A stretch of DNA of 64,000 nucleotides, taken from assembly GCA_014860565.1 (NCBI GenBank), contig JACZJN010000071.1, positions 1,184 through 65,183 on the forward strand, in the 5' to 3' direction. The notes under the pieces are model-generated. The model did no database searches and had not been told where the DNA came from. It saw nothing but the letters and a program-made list of their open reading frames with translations. The stretch comes from Bacteroidota bacterium (lineage in GTDB: Bacteria; Bacteroidota; Ignavibacteria; SZUA-365). This document shows, one piece after another, positions 9,118 through 19,693 of this stretch; the first letter of the stretch is position 1; the number at the start of each line of letters is the position of its first letter. The translations under genes and the position numbers were made by a program.

Positions 9118-12100
9118 TCAATGAATCACGAGCAGACTCGACGTGGCCGTGCGCTCTCCGGATTGCACGCGCACGTGGTAGCTGCCCACCGGCAGCGATG
9201 AGGTGTCGAGACGCAGGCTGTGCGATCCGGCGCCGAGACGTGCGTCGGCTCCCTGCAGTACCATGCGGCCGAGGTTGTCGTATATGGCGACGCGTGTGTT
9301 CGCGGATTCCTCAAGCGTGAAGCCGACGGTGACACCGCTCGACGAGACGGTGGAAACGGGATTGGGATAGACATCGTCGAGACGGAAACCGATTGCCGGC
9401 ATGGCGCTGACCGCGGAAGTGTTGTAGGGATCGAAGGTCGACGAGAACCTGAAGATGTCGAGCCCTGCTGCGTACACATCCGACTTCGTGGAACTGCTGA
9501 ACGATGAAGAGCAGGTGATCAGGCTGAAGCCACCGGGTGTCGCCTGCACAGTCCAGGTCGCGCCGAGGTCGGTGGTGACCCATGCATTCGTGCCCTGGAC
9601 AAACCAGAAGCGCTTGCCGTCGGGTTCCACTTCGATCGTCCCGCCGCTGGTCACGGCGATCGAGGAAAGCAGTGTCCAGTTCTCACCACCGTCATTGGTC
9701 ACGGCGAGTGCGTTGGTGCCGCCCTGGTTGGTCTGCGTGGTGAAGCGGATCATGCCGCGATCCGCATCGGCGAACACCATGTCGACCGAGTGCTTGCTCG
9801 GTGTGACAAAGCTCTCCCACGTGACGCCGCGATCCGTCGATCGATAGATCTTGCTGTTGTTGGTGCCGAACCAGAGCCTGTCGCCGACGGCGGCATAGCT
9901 GTTGTTCCAGCCGGCTTCACCGCTCGGAGCGCTGGGTGCACCCGAGACCTTTTTCCATGTCGCCCCACCGTCGGTGGTGGTCGCGACGCCCCAGCTTCCG
10001 CCAAGAGGATCGCCTTCGAGAATGCCGTTCTGATCGTCGAACATGTGAATCCAGTTGACGAAGCCCGTGATGTTGCTTACCGATGAACCGGTCCATGACG
10101 TACCACCGTTTGACGTGCGGTATACTTCGGCCGCGCCGGTGCTGGGTCCGGTGCCCACGAGAGCAGCATTATTGCTGATACCAAAAACGCAGTACACACC
10201 CTTGCCGCTGGGGAAGCCGCTGCCAGAGGCGTTGGACCAGCCGGAACCGCCGTTGACGGTGCGCACGCCGATATCCTGGCTCTGTACGTTGGCGGAAGCC
10301 CATACGGTCATACCGCTCACTGCGTCGATGCTCGTGAAATACGGCGCGCCAAACTCAAGCGAGGTATGCCACGCATCGTCGAGGAAAATAGGAATGCGGC
10401 CCATGAGGAAGTCGACGTATTCACCGTCCTCAATCCGCACACGGACAGGCAGATAGCCTTCGGATGTCTGGGGATTGTCGGCGAGGGTCACGTCGAATTC
10501 GATCGTTTTACGATCGAAGGTTCCCAGCACGCCGATCGCGAAATTGGTGGTCGATGCCGTTATCGAGGGGTCATCGAGGTCAACATACGCCATAGCCGCG
10601 GCGGAGGTTGGTGCCAGTACGTTCTCGAGTTCCATCGTGACCCGGGCGACTTGCTTCGGTTCCGTGAAGCTCGAGCCGCCGCCCTGGAACACGTAGCTGA
10701 AACGGCTGACGCGCAGGCCGGGAATTTCGTCAAGGTTTTTATTGAGCGAGACGGCCTTGAACGCGTTGAGGCGGCCGAAGCGTTTGCTCTTTGCCGGAGC
10801 GTCGAAGCGGTCAGAGGTCACGCGAATCTGTGCGGCAACCTGATCCGGGGTCCAGTCAGGATGCACGGCGAATACGAGCGCGGCCACGCCTGCCGCGAGC
10901 GGCGAGGAAAAGGATGTTCCCGTCGGACTCGTATAGCCGCCGCCGTTCTTCGTCGTGAGAATGCCGCTGCCCGGGGAATACGTATGCACGGACGTGCCGT
11001 ACGTGCACCATGTGGAAGCGGCACCGCTCGATTCGACCGAACCGACGTTGAGCACGTGGCTGAACGATGACGGCCAGTGCGCAATGTAGTCGTTGTCTAT
11101 CGGGTCGTTGCCGGAAGAACCCACGACCAGTGCGCCCATGTCGGTCACGTCGTCAATCAGATCCTGCAGGGCCTGGGAACGGTCGCCCGTTCCGCCCCAG
11201 CTGCAGTTGATGACGCGGCAGCCCATCTGACCGGCATACAGAATGCCGTCGTAGCCGCCGACGCCGGTCGTAGCGTCCGTGGAGGCTTTGATGGCCATGA
11301 TCTTCGCGCGATAGCTGCTGCCGGCGATGCCGACGCCGTTATTGGCCAGGGCGGCCGCACAGCCCGAAGTATTTGTTCCGTGGCCGAGCGTGCCGTCCAT
11401 CGGATTATTGTCAGGGTTGGGCGACTGGAAGCTGCCATTGCCGAAATAATCCCAGCCGTGCCAGTCGTCGATCTTGCCGTTGCCGTCGTCGTCGATGCCA
11501 TTGTCTTTCAACTCGCCATTGGCGCCGTACTCTCCTGGGTTGATCCAGATGCTGAGCGCAAGATCCTCATGCGTCCAGTCCACACCGGTGTCGACGTCAC
11601 CGATCACGATCGTGGAATCGCCGGTGGTGACGTCCCACGCTTCCTTCAGTTTCATGACCGTGACGGCCCACTGTGTACTGAGGCGCGGATCGTTCGGCGT
11701 GTGGTTGACGGGATAGATATAATACGGTTCCGCGTACTCCACGTTCGGATCGTTCGCTATCTCCTTCGCGAGCAATGCGGGATGGTCGCCCGATGTGTAG
11801 CGCACCTTCACCATGCGGTCGTAATTGTACGGACGCCGCGAAGCCTTCTTCATGGAACTTTCCTTCACGGTGCTGAACGATTCCACCGCGGTGGCGCCGA
11901 TGCGCTGCAGCAGGGCATCGAGACTGCGCACACCAAGGCGGTCGCCGCCGCTGGTGAACGTCGTCTGCGGACGCAGCTTTATTATGACGAGATTCGGGAC
12001 GATCTCAATGGTCTTTTTTCCTTGACGGATCGGGGTTGCCGGTCGATCAGGGGAATCCGCAACCGCAGGTGCAAATGCGATGAGAAGAAGCAGCGCTGCG

Positions 12101-12126
12101 AGGCACATGCTGGAAAAAGCTTTCAT
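9118..12126 (-). CDS. S8 subtilisin-like protease with BNR/Asp-box propeller and T9SS CTD (paralog 1)
   Basis: Triad DVDTG / GHGT / GTSFSSP; T/S-x-D/N-GG-x-T/S-W repeats; YPNP...GSYHVR. Confidence 0.92.
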   Translation of the reverse strand: MKAFSSMCLAALLLLIAFAPAVADSPDRPATPIRQGKKTIEIVPNLVIIKLRPQTTFTSGGDRLGVRSLDALLQRIGATAVESFSTVKESSMKKASRRPYNYDRMVKVRYTSGDHPALLAKEIANDPNVEYAEPYYIYPVNHTPNDPRLSTQWAVTVMKLKEAWDVTTGDSTIVIGDVDTGVDWTHEDLALSIWINPGEYGANGELKDNGIDDDGNGKIDDWHGWDYFGNGSFQSPNPDNNPMDGTLGHGTNTSGCAAALANNGVGIAGSSYRAKIMAIKASTDATTGVGGYDGILYAGQMGCRVINCSWGGTGDRSQALQDLIDDVTDMGALVVGSSGNDPIDNDYIAHWPSSFSHVLNVGSVESSGAASTWCTYGTSVHTYSPGSGILTTKNGGGYTSPTGTSFSSPLAAGVAALVFAVHPDWTPDQVAAQIRVTSDRFDAPAKSKRFGRLNAFKAVSLNKNLDEIPGLRVSRFSYVFQGGGSSFTEPKQVARVTMELENVLAPTSAAAMAYVDLDDPSITASTTNFAIGVLGTFDRKTIEFDVTLADNPQTSEGYLPVRVRIEDGEYVDFLMGRIPIFLDDAWHTSLEFGAPYFTSIDAVSGMTVWASANVQSQDIGVRTVNGGSGWSNASGSGFPSGKGVYCVFGISNNAALVGTGPSTGAAEVYRTSNGGTSWTGSSVSNITGFVNWIHMFDDQNGILEGDPLGGSWGVATTTDGGATWKKVSGAPSAPSGEAGWNNSYAAVGDRLWFGTNNSKIYRSTDRGVTWESFVTPSKHSVDMVFADADRGMIRFTTQTNQGGTNALAVTNDGGENWTLLSSIAVTSGGTIEVEPDGKRFWFVQGTNAWVTTDLGATWTVQATPGGFSLITCSSSFSSSTKSDVYAAGLDIFRFSSTFDPYNTSAVSAMPAIGFRLDDVYPNPVSTVSSSGVTVGFTLEESANTRVAIYDNLGRMVLQGADARLGAGSHSLRLDTSSLPVGSYHVRVQSGERTATSSLLVIH

Positions 12127-12245
12127 GGTTCACCGATATTGGTTCGAGGCGAGAGGGCTAAAAGATCAATGAAGATAGTGAAGGGAGCGATAAGAAGAAA
12201 TGCACTCCGGGAGAGAAGGTGAGCAGAGGAAGGGAGGGAGGGATG

Positions 12246-12282
12246 AAAAACCCCGCGCGCAGGGTTCCTTGCGCGCGGGGTT
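12246..12282 (-). terminator. Intrinsic terminator between the S8 paralogs
   Basis: CCCCGCGCGCA...TGCGCGCGGGG stem plus A5. Confidence 0.8.
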
Positions 12283-12296
12283 CGTGAAGTTAGAAG

Positions 12297-15293
12297 TTAA
12301 TTGAGGACGACGAGCTTCTGCGCGCTGCTGTGCGTGGAGGTGTTCAAGCGCAGAAGGTAATTACCGGCGGGGAGTCCGGCGGTGGAGACGCGGGCGCTGT
12401 GCGTGCCGGCCTCAAGGGTTGCGTTGAGCACTTCGCGCACTTTTTTTCCGCTCATGTCATAGACGGCAAGTATGACAGCGGCGGATGTCGGCAGCTGCAG
12501 CTGCGCGACGACGCTTCCGTCGCGGCCCGAGGCGACAGGATTCGGATACAGCGGCTGCAGCATCGGAGTCTGTGGGGCGGCGGCTTCCACGTCGTCGACG
12601 CCGAGCACCATGAACTCACCGTTGTAACGGAATATTTCAATACCGGCGGCAAAGACGGAAGTGACGAATCCGTCGTTCCATTCCGCTGCGTCGTTGATGT
12701 AGTTGAAATTCACGGGCGCTGCCTGCACGGACCAGGTGGCGCCGAGATCTTCGCTGACCAGCGCATTCGGACCCTGGAAGAACCAGAGCCGCTTGCCGCT
12801 GCGTTCGAAGACAATCGAGCCAGACGGCGCCGCGACCGTGGAAATCAGCGACCAGGTCAATCCGCCGTCCGTGGTCAAAGCGAGGGTGTCGGTGCCGACT
12901 TCGTTCTGCTTCGAGAAGCGGGCAACGCCCACCATCTCGTCACGGAAGTTCACGTCGACCGAGTTCTTGCTGGGCGTGGCGTAGCCGGTCCATGTCTGCC
13001 CGCGATCGGTGGAACGAAAGATTTTGCTGTTGTTGGTGCCGAACCACATGTAGTCGCCAACGACGTCATAACTGTTGTTCCATCCGGCTTCACTCGCCGC
13101 GGCACTCAGCGCGGTGGGGATCGCGGTCCAGGTCGCGCCGCCATTATTGGTGGTCGCGATGCCCCAGACATTGTTTTTCGGATCGCCCTGCATGATGCCG
13201 TTCTGCGCGTCGAACATGTGAATCCAGTTGACGAATGCGGTGTAATTCGAGACGCTGGTCGAGGTCCAGTTCTGTCCGCCGTCGCCAGTGCGGAAAATCG
13301 CCGCGTTGGCATCTGTGGGACCTGTCCCCACCAAGGCGGTTGTCTGGTCTATACCATCGATACAATAGACACCTCGCCCAGAAGGATAGCCTGTTCCGAA
13401 GGCAAATGACCAGCTATCGCCGCCATCAGTTGACCGAAGGGCGATATCCTGGGTGACGACACCGTTCGGGGCGTAATCACCACTTACCCAGATCGTCCAG
13501 CGATTGGCAATGTCAATTGAATTATAGGGATAGGCCAGGTCGACTACCGTGTGCCAACTATCGTTGAGATACACAGGTACGCGGACGATTTCGAAGTCCA
13601 CATATGTGCCATCGGTAAGTTTCAGGATGACGGGAATGTATCCTTCGGATTGCTTGACGTCGTTATTGAGAAGCACTTGAATATTCACACTTTTCGTATC
13701 GAACGTTTGCAGCGCTCCAAGAGTATAGCTGGTCACGCTGGCGGTAAATGGAGTGCCGTCGAGTACGAGTTCCACCGTCGCATTCGACGTCGGGGCAAGC
13801 ATGTTTTTGAAAGTGACATTGATGTCGGCAGTTTGCCCACCCTCGGTCAGATAATCGCCGCTCGGCGTGCTCACAGTGAAACTCTCAACCGAGAGGCCGG
13901 GAATATCGGTGAGCGTCTGATTCGTCGAGAGCGCTTTGTAGGCGTTGGCCCGGCCGTAGCGCTTGGCGTCGGGAGTGGCGCCGAACGGATCGGCGGTCAC
14001 GCGGATCTGCTCCAGGACCTGGTCGGGAGTCCAATCAGGATGCACTGCGAAAATGAGCGCGGCAAGTCCGGACATATGCGGGGTCGAGAACGAAGTGCCG
14101 CCGACAGCCTGATATCCGAAGCTGCCGCGCGTGGTCATGACGTTGGTTCCCGGTGCATAGACATGTACGGATGCGCCGTACGCGGCCCAGGTGCTCGCGC
14201 TGCCGTTCTCCTCGATGGAACTGACACTCAGCACATGATTCAGAGCGGAGGGGAGGAAGGGATCGATGTCGTTGTCGATGACACTGTTGCCTGCGCCGCC
14301 GATCACCAACGCGCCCTTCGACCAGGCGTAGTCGACAACGTCCTGCAGTGTTTGATTGATGCCCATATTTCCGCCCCAGCTGCAATTGATGACGCGGCAA
14401 CCCATATCGGCAGCGTAGATCATACCGTCGTAGCCGCTCATACCGGTGGTGCCTGCATCGTCCTGTACCTTGATCGCGAGCACTTTGGTGTTGTACCCGA
14501 TACCGGCAATGCCGAGGCCGTTGTTTGTTCGTGCCGCCGCGATACCGGCGCCGTTGGTTCCGTGACCGTTGAAGTCCATAGGATCGTTGTCAGGATTCGG
14601 GGTCTGCAAATCTCCATTGCCGATGAAATCCCAGCCGCGCCAATCGTCGATGTATCCGTTGTTGTCGTCGTCGATGCCGTTGTCCTTGAGTTCGCCGTTG
14701 CTGCCCCACTCCCCTGCGTTGATCGCGAGGGAAAGCGAGAGATCCTCGTGGTTGTAGTTGACACCGGAGTCGACGTAGCCGATGACGATGGTGGAATCAC
14801 CGGTGGTGATATCCCACGCCTGCTCCATCTTCAGCATACTGATCGCCCACTGCGTGCCCAGACGCGGATCGTTGGGCGTGTTGAGCGGACGGAACACATA
14901 GAACGGCTCGGCATACTCCACAGTGGGATCAGCGGCCAGTTCTTCAGCAAGTTTGCGGGGGTCGACAGGAGCGCTGTATTTCACTTTCATGATGCGGGCG
15001 ATGCTCGACTCCTGCTGGGAAGCGAAACTTTTGCGCATGGCGAGTGCCTGATGCAGCGGTTCGATCGAGGATGCCAGCACACGTGTCAGGATGCGGTCGA
15101 CGCTGCCGATGCCCACGGACGTCGCTCCCGGAGCGATGCCGTGGATTTCCTTGAGCTTGACAAACACGATCCCCGGCACGATGTCGGAAGAGGAGGCAGC
15201 GGGCGAAGCAGGACGCGGACGTTCCTTGGCCAGCCCGTCGGTGGTCATCGCAAATGCGATGAGCAGAACGAGAAGCGGTACGGCAAGACGCAT
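12297..15293 (-). CDS. S8 subtilisin-like protease with BNR propeller and T9SS CTD (paralog 2)
   Basis: Triad YVDSG / GHGT / GTSFSTP; colinear with paralog 1. Confidence 0.92.
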   Translation of the reverse strand: MRLAVPLLVLLIAFAMTTDGLAKERPRPASPAASSSDIVPGIVFVKLKEIHGIAPGATSVGIGSVDRILTRVLASSIEPLHQALAMRKSFASQQESSIARIMKVKYSAPVDPRKLAEELAADPTVEYAEPFYVFRPLNTPNDPRLGTQWAISMLKMEQAWDITTGDSTIVIGYVDSGVNYNHEDLSLSLAINAGEWGSNGELKDNGIDDDNNGYIDDWRGWDFIGNGDLQTPNPDNDPMDFNGHGTNGAGIAAARTNNGLGIAGIGYNTKVLAIKVQDDAGTTGMSGYDGMIYAADMGCRVINCSWGGNMGINQTLQDVVDYAWSKGALVIGGAGNSVIDNDIDPFLPSALNHVLSVSSIEENGSASTWAAYGASVHVYAPGTNVMTTRGSFGYQAVGGTSFSTPHMSGLAALIFAVHPDWTPDQVLEQIRVTADPFGATPDAKRYGRANAYKALSTNQTLTDIPGLSVESFTVSTPSGDYLTEGGQTADINVTFKNMLAPTSNATVELVLDGTPFTASVTSYTLGALQTFDTKSVNIQVLLNNDVKQSEGYIPVILKLTDGTYVDFEIVRVPVYLNDSWHTVVDLAYPYNSIDIANRWTIWVSGDYAPNGVVTQDIALRSTDGGDSWSFAFGTGYPSGRGVYCIDGIDQTTALVGTGPTDANAAIFRTGDGGQNWTSTSVSNYTAFVNWIHMFDAQNGIMQGDPKNNVWGIATTNNGGATWTAIPTALSAAASEAGWNNSYDVVGDYMWFGTNNSKIFRSTDRGQTWTGYATPSKNSVDVNFRDEMVGVARFSKQNEVGTDTLALTTDGGLTWSLISTVAAPSGSIVFERSGKRLWFFQGPNALVSEDLGATWSVQAAPVNFNYINDAAEWNDGFVTSVFAAGIEIFRYNGEFMVLGVDDVEAAAPQTPMLQPLYPNPVASGRDGSVVAQLQLPTSAAVILAVYDMSGKKVREVLNATLEAGTHSARVSTAGLPAGNYLLRLNTSTHSSAQKLVVLN

Positions 15294-15504
15294 AAAATAT
15301 TCCGGAATTGTTGTGAGGGAAATCAGGCTTATTCAAATAATATACAACAGCGGAGAATCCGAGGTAAGGGAAAAAATGCGCGCGGGAAATGATCGTCCGT
15401 ACCGGATGATTTTAAAGCCTGTTCCTCGTATATTCAGATGAAAATCACATGCGCGGATCAACCGCGCAGTATTGTTTGTGTCACCTGTCCATGGGAGTGA
15501 GGGT

Positions 15505-17412
15505 ATGCGCATCGTTTTTCTTTCCTTCCTGGTTCTTCTCATGTCTGCCACGGCTGTGCAGGCACAGCTGCAGAAATCATTCCGGAAACAGCTTCTCGAA
15601 GAAATCGTCCGCGAACATACGCGTGTGCGTCCGCCTGCACATTCACGTGCGGTCGAGGAAGCACTTGCGTCACGAACCGACGCCGGGCACAATGAAGACG
15701 CCCGCAAAGGACGCGCCGTTGATACACGCGCATCGGACGCTTCGGCGTCGGTACCCCTCGGTAAAGCCGTGGACGAATGGGTGGAGACTCTCGTCAGTGA
15801 CGATCTCTACCCGGAATCGGAGGTACATGCGGTGGTGAATCCGGCGAATCAGAAGAATTTCGTCGCTTCCCCCATTCGGCAGCAGGTGTACCAGGGACAA
15901 ATCGCGGATCTTACCTGTCCGATTTACTACACGCTCGATGATGGCGCAAGCTGGCAGTTGAGTTCGTTTCGAAACGATCCGGAGGATCCTTCCGCGATCA
16001 CGGTGGGGGGCGGCGACCCGGTGCTCGCGGCCGATGCCGACGGCACTCTCTATTTCTCCTGGCTGGCGTTTTATATGCCCACGTCATTCGATCGACTGAT
16101 ATCGGAGCTGTACTGGGTGTATTCCACCGACGGCGGCATCAGCTGGGTTCGACCGGAAAAGGATGTCATCGCAAAGGCCACCATGCCGCTCAATGGAACG
16201 GTGCAGCATTTTGTCGACAAGCAATGGCTTGCGGTCGACCGCAGTACCAACGCAACACGCGGTTCGCTGTACGCAGGGTATCTGCGGGTAATGGATGACC
16301 GCATGCATATCGCGGTGCGCAGAAAGGTGCCGGGGTCCCTGCAGTTCGATATCGACGAAGTCTTCGTTTCGCCGCCCGACACGCACGCCATCGTGCAATT
16401 CACCAACATCGACGTTGATCCCTCTGGCGGGGTGCACGTCACGTGGTTCGGCTCTGCCGACGAACAGCATTTCAGCCTCTGGCACGCCCTGTCCACCGAT
16501 GGAGGTGCAACGTTCCCGACGGTAACAAAGATATCGGACATCGTTTTTCCGAAATACTCTATCGAGGACCGGCTCGGAGAAATCCCAGGCATGTCCTACG
16601 ACCGTATCTATCCGAGTCCGCAATCCTGCGCGGATCGCGGTGCACATCCCGGGTACATGTACATCACCTGGGCGGCGAGCGGCATCGACAAGAAAGAGGG
16701 GAACGGCACGGACATCTATTTCTCCCGCTCCACCGACAACGGGATGACCTGGCAGGCGCCATTCGTCGTCAACGACGACGAGAAAGGAATTGTGCGCGAC
16801 CAGTTCCACCCAAGCATCGCGGTCAACGAGCAGGGGGTGGTGGCGATTACCTGGTATGACCGGCGCGAGGATGAGAAGAACGAAAGCGCACGCTACTACA
16901 TCGCGGTATCGCGAGACGGCGGAACCCGATTTCTTCATAACAGGCCCGTGGCTGCGGTGCCGATGGACATGTACAAGGCAGGTGAAGACAATGGTGCATT
17001 CGGCATCGGTGAGTATACACAGGTCATCCTCACCGAAACCGAGGCGATTCCATTCTGGTCCGACGGACGTACGAATGACGGCAACATCGATATCTACAGC
17101 GCGCGGCTTGGACTCGCCACGCTGGATGTGAAGCAAATGTCGCCCCTCGTCTCGGGGTTCCGCATCGTCGATGCCTGGCCGACGCCTGCCCGCAGGCAAC
17201 TGCAGCTCCGTGTCGCCTTCGATCAGGCCATGGAAGTAACCATCACTGCGAGCGATCTTCTCGGACGCAAGCTGCACGAGCGCAGCACTCGATATGAGAG
17301 GGGAACGCATGACCTCACGTTCGATGTCGCTGCATTTGCAACCGGAAGTTATCAGGTCGTGATACAAGCCGGCTCAGGCATTGCGACACGGCTCGTTCAG
17401 ATCGTTCGCTGA
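15505..17412 (+). CDS. BNR/Asp-box beta-propeller (sialidase-like fold) protein with T9SS CTD
   Basis: Repeats STDGGISW, STDGGATF, STDNGMTW; DKQW; GEY; WPTP...GSYQV. Confidence 0.8.
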   Translation: MRIVFLSFLVLLMSATAVQAQLQKSFRKQLLEEIVREHTRVRPPAHSRAVEEALASRTDAGHNEDARKGRAVDTRASDASASVPLGKAVDEWVETLVSDDLYPESEVHAVVNPANQKNFVASPIRQQVYQGQIADLTCPIYYTLDDGASWQLSSFRNDPEDPSAITVGGGDPVLAADADGTLYFSWLAFYMPTSFDRLISELYWVYSTDGGISWVRPEKDVIAKATMPLNGTVQHFVDKQWLAVDRSTNATRGSLYAGYLRVMDDRMHIAVRRKVPGSLQFDIDEVFVSPPDTHAIVQFTNIDVDPSGGVHVTWFGSADEQHFSLWHALSTDGGATFPTVTKISDIVFPKYSIEDRLGEIPGMSYDRIYPSPQSCADRGAHPGYMYITWAASGIDKKEGNGTDIYFSRSTDNGMTWQAPFVVNDDEKGIVRDQFHPSIAVNEQGVVAITWYDRREDEKNESARYYIAVSRDGGTRFLHNRPVAAVPMDMYKAGEDNGAFGIGEYTQVILTETEAIPFWSDGRTNDGNIDIYSARLGLATLDVKQMSPLVSGFRIVDAWPTPARRQLQLRVAFDQAMEVTITASDLLGRKLHERSTRYERGTHDLTFDVAAFATGSYQVVIQAGSGIATRLVQIVR

Positions 17413-17487
17413 TTCCATTTCCACATTAACGGATTGCATCGTTATTTTATGGGAATGCAGAGTTGTTCTCTCAATACAGGATTTCCC

Positions 17488-19617
17488 ATGACAAGACGAT
17501 CGATATTCATCTTTGGCGTGATGCTTCTCACGCTGTCGCTTCAGATTGCACTTCCGCTCGCGGCGCAGAATGGACAGAAACCCCGGCGGCTGCCTGCCGA
17601 GCTGCAGAAGAAACTCGAAGCCGAGGTGCAGGCAAAGGCGAAACAGGGCACGCATCTCATCACGGCCGAAGAACTGCTGAATCTCAAGCGTGTCTATAGT
17701 CCCGCCGTGTCGCCTGACGGCAAATGGGTGCTCTACGGCGTGACCACGCCCGACATTCCTGCAAACCGCAGCAATTCGGATCTCTACCTCGTATCGATCG
17801 AGGGCGATCGCCACAAGCAGCTGACAAGTTCCCCTTCGGCGGACTACAACGGCATCTGGTCGCGTGACGGGAAGTCTGTAGCGTTCATCTCCACACGTGG
17901 CGGGACTCCGCAGATTTACACCATCGCAATTGACGGCGGCGAGGCGGTCAAGGTCTCGGATGTGGAGAACGGGGTGAGCAATCTTTCCTGGTCGCCAGAC
18001 GGCAAGTACTTTGCGTTTACATCCGACGTGAAACTCGATTCCACCGTGGCGGAAAAATATCCCGCCTACGACAAGGCCAACGTGCGCATCTACGATCAGA
18101 TTCCCGTGCGGCACTGGGACGAATGGAACGACGAGAGCTACATGCATCTGTTCGTGTTGCCGGTCAAAGGCGGCGAGCCGCGCGATCTGATGGCCGGTGA
18201 GCGCTTCGAGACGCCGCTCAAACCCTTCGGTGGCGGTGAGCAAATCGCCTGGTCGCCCGATGGCGCGGAGATCGCGTACACCTCGAAAAAAGGCGATCAC
18301 TTCGCTGAGAGCACCAACTCGGACATTTATATCGTGAATCTGGCGAGCGGGTCCACACGCAATATCACCCAGGGCATGCCCGGCTTCGACCGCGATCCTC
18401 TGTATTCGCCGGATGGCCGGTATATCGCATTTCATTCCATGGCGCGCGCGGGGCACGAGGCCGACCGCAACCGTCTCATGCTCTTCGATCGCGAAAGCAG
18501 CCAGGTGCGCGAGCTGTCGGCGACGCTCGACCAGTGGATCGGGCATACCGTCTGGGCGCCTGACAGCAAGTCACTCTACTTCGCAGCCGAAGACGGCGCT
18601 ACCGTTCAGGTGTATCATATCGATGCGGAAGACGGGAGTTGGAAAATTCTCACCGGCGGCGTGTACAATCACGACGGAGGTCTTGATATTACTCCCGACG
18701 GGAAGACCATGGTGTACGGCCGCCGCAATTTCAATGCGCCGACCGAGCTCTTTGCACAGCCGGTCAAGAAAGATGCGCGGGCATGGCCGTTGACATCGGA
18801 AAACGCGGCAGTGCTTTCGACCATTCGTCAGGCTACGATCGAGGAGCGCTGGGTTACCAGCACCGACGGCAAGAAAGTTCAAACCTGGGTGGTGTATCCT
18901 CCGGACTTCGATCCGGCGAAGAAATATCCGCTGATCACCTATTGCCAGGGCGGACCGCAGGCCACCGTCAGCCAGTTCTTCAGCTTCGCGTGGAATTTCC
19001 TTCTGTATGCCTCGAAGGGGTATGTGATCGTGGCGCCGAATCGCCGAGGACTCCCGGGCTTCGGTCAGGAGTGGAACGACGCTATCAGCCAGGATTGGGG
19101 CGGCATGCCGATGCAGGACATTCTCGCCTGCACCGATGTCATGCTCAAGGAACCGTACATCGACACCAGGCACGTGTCCGCGATCGGCGCCAGCGCCGGC
19201 GGGTATGCCACGTTCTGGCTCGCCGGGAATCATCAGGGCCGTTTCAGCAGCTTCGTCTCGCATTGCGGCGTGTTCAACCTCGAGAGCATGTACGGCGCCA
19301 CCGAGGAACTCTGGTTCACGAACTGGGAAAACGGCGGTCCCTATTGGGATCCGAAAGCGAAAAAGAATTACGATAAGCATTCGCCGCATCGCTACGCGCA
19401 GAACTGGGATACACCGATCCTCATCATTACGGGAGAAAAGGATTTCCGCGTTCCCTACACGCAGAGCCTTGAGGCCTTCACGGTCGCGCAGGTCAAGGGC
19501 ATTCCCTCAAAACTCATTGTTTATCCGAACGAGAATCACTGGGTCCTTCACCCGCAGGAGCAGCTGATATGGTTTGAGGAATTCTTTGATTTCATCGGTT
19601 CCCATGTGAAGCAGTAA
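17488..19617 (+). CDS. S9 family peptidase (DPP5-like) with PD40 repeats
   Basis: WSPDG repeats, GGPQ, GASAGG, DFRVP, NENHW. Confidence 0.93.
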   Translation: MTRRSIFIFGVMLLTLSLQIALPLAAQNGQKPRRLPAELQKKLEAEVQAKAKQGTHLITAEELLNLKRVYSPAVSPDGKWVLYGVTTPDIPANRSNSDLYLVSIEGDRHKQLTSSPSADYNGIWSRDGKSVAFISTRGGTPQIYTIAIDGGEAVKVSDVENGVSNLSWSPDGKYFAFTSDVKLDSTVAEKYPAYDKANVRIYDQIPVRHWDEWNDESYMHLFVLPVKGGEPRDLMAGERFETPLKPFGGGEQIAWSPDGAEIAYTSKKGDHFAESTNSDIYIVNLASGSTRNITQGMPGFDRDPLYSPDGRYIAFHSMARAGHEADRNRLMLFDRESSQVRELSATLDQWIGHTVWAPDSKSLYFAAEDGATVQVYHIDAEDGSWKILTGGVYNHDGGLDITPDGKTMVYGRRNFNAPTELFAQPVKKDARAWPLTSENAAVLSTIRQATIEERWVTSTDGKKVQTWVVYPPDFDPAKKYPLITYCQGGPQATVSQFFSFAWNFLLYASKGYVIVAPNRRGLPGFGQEWNDAISQDWGGMPMQDILACTDVMLKEPYIDTRHVSAIGASAGGYATFWLAGNHQGRFSSFVSHCGVFNLESMYGATEELWFTNWENGGPYWDPKAKKNYDKHSPHRYAQNWDTPILIITGEKDFRVPYTQSLEAFTVAQVKGIPSKLIVYPNENHWVLHPQEQLIWFEEFFDFIGSHVKQ

Positions 19618-19636
19618 AGACGAACTGTTATGAACA

Positions 19637-19673
19637 CAAAACGGGCGTCCTGTTTTTCAGGACGCCCGTTTTG
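19637..19673. terminator. Bidirectional terminator
   Basis: CAAAACGGGCGTCCTG...CAGGACGCCCGTTTTG between convergent genes. Confidence 0.85.
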
Positions 19674-19693
19674 CATCATTCAATTCGTACCCG

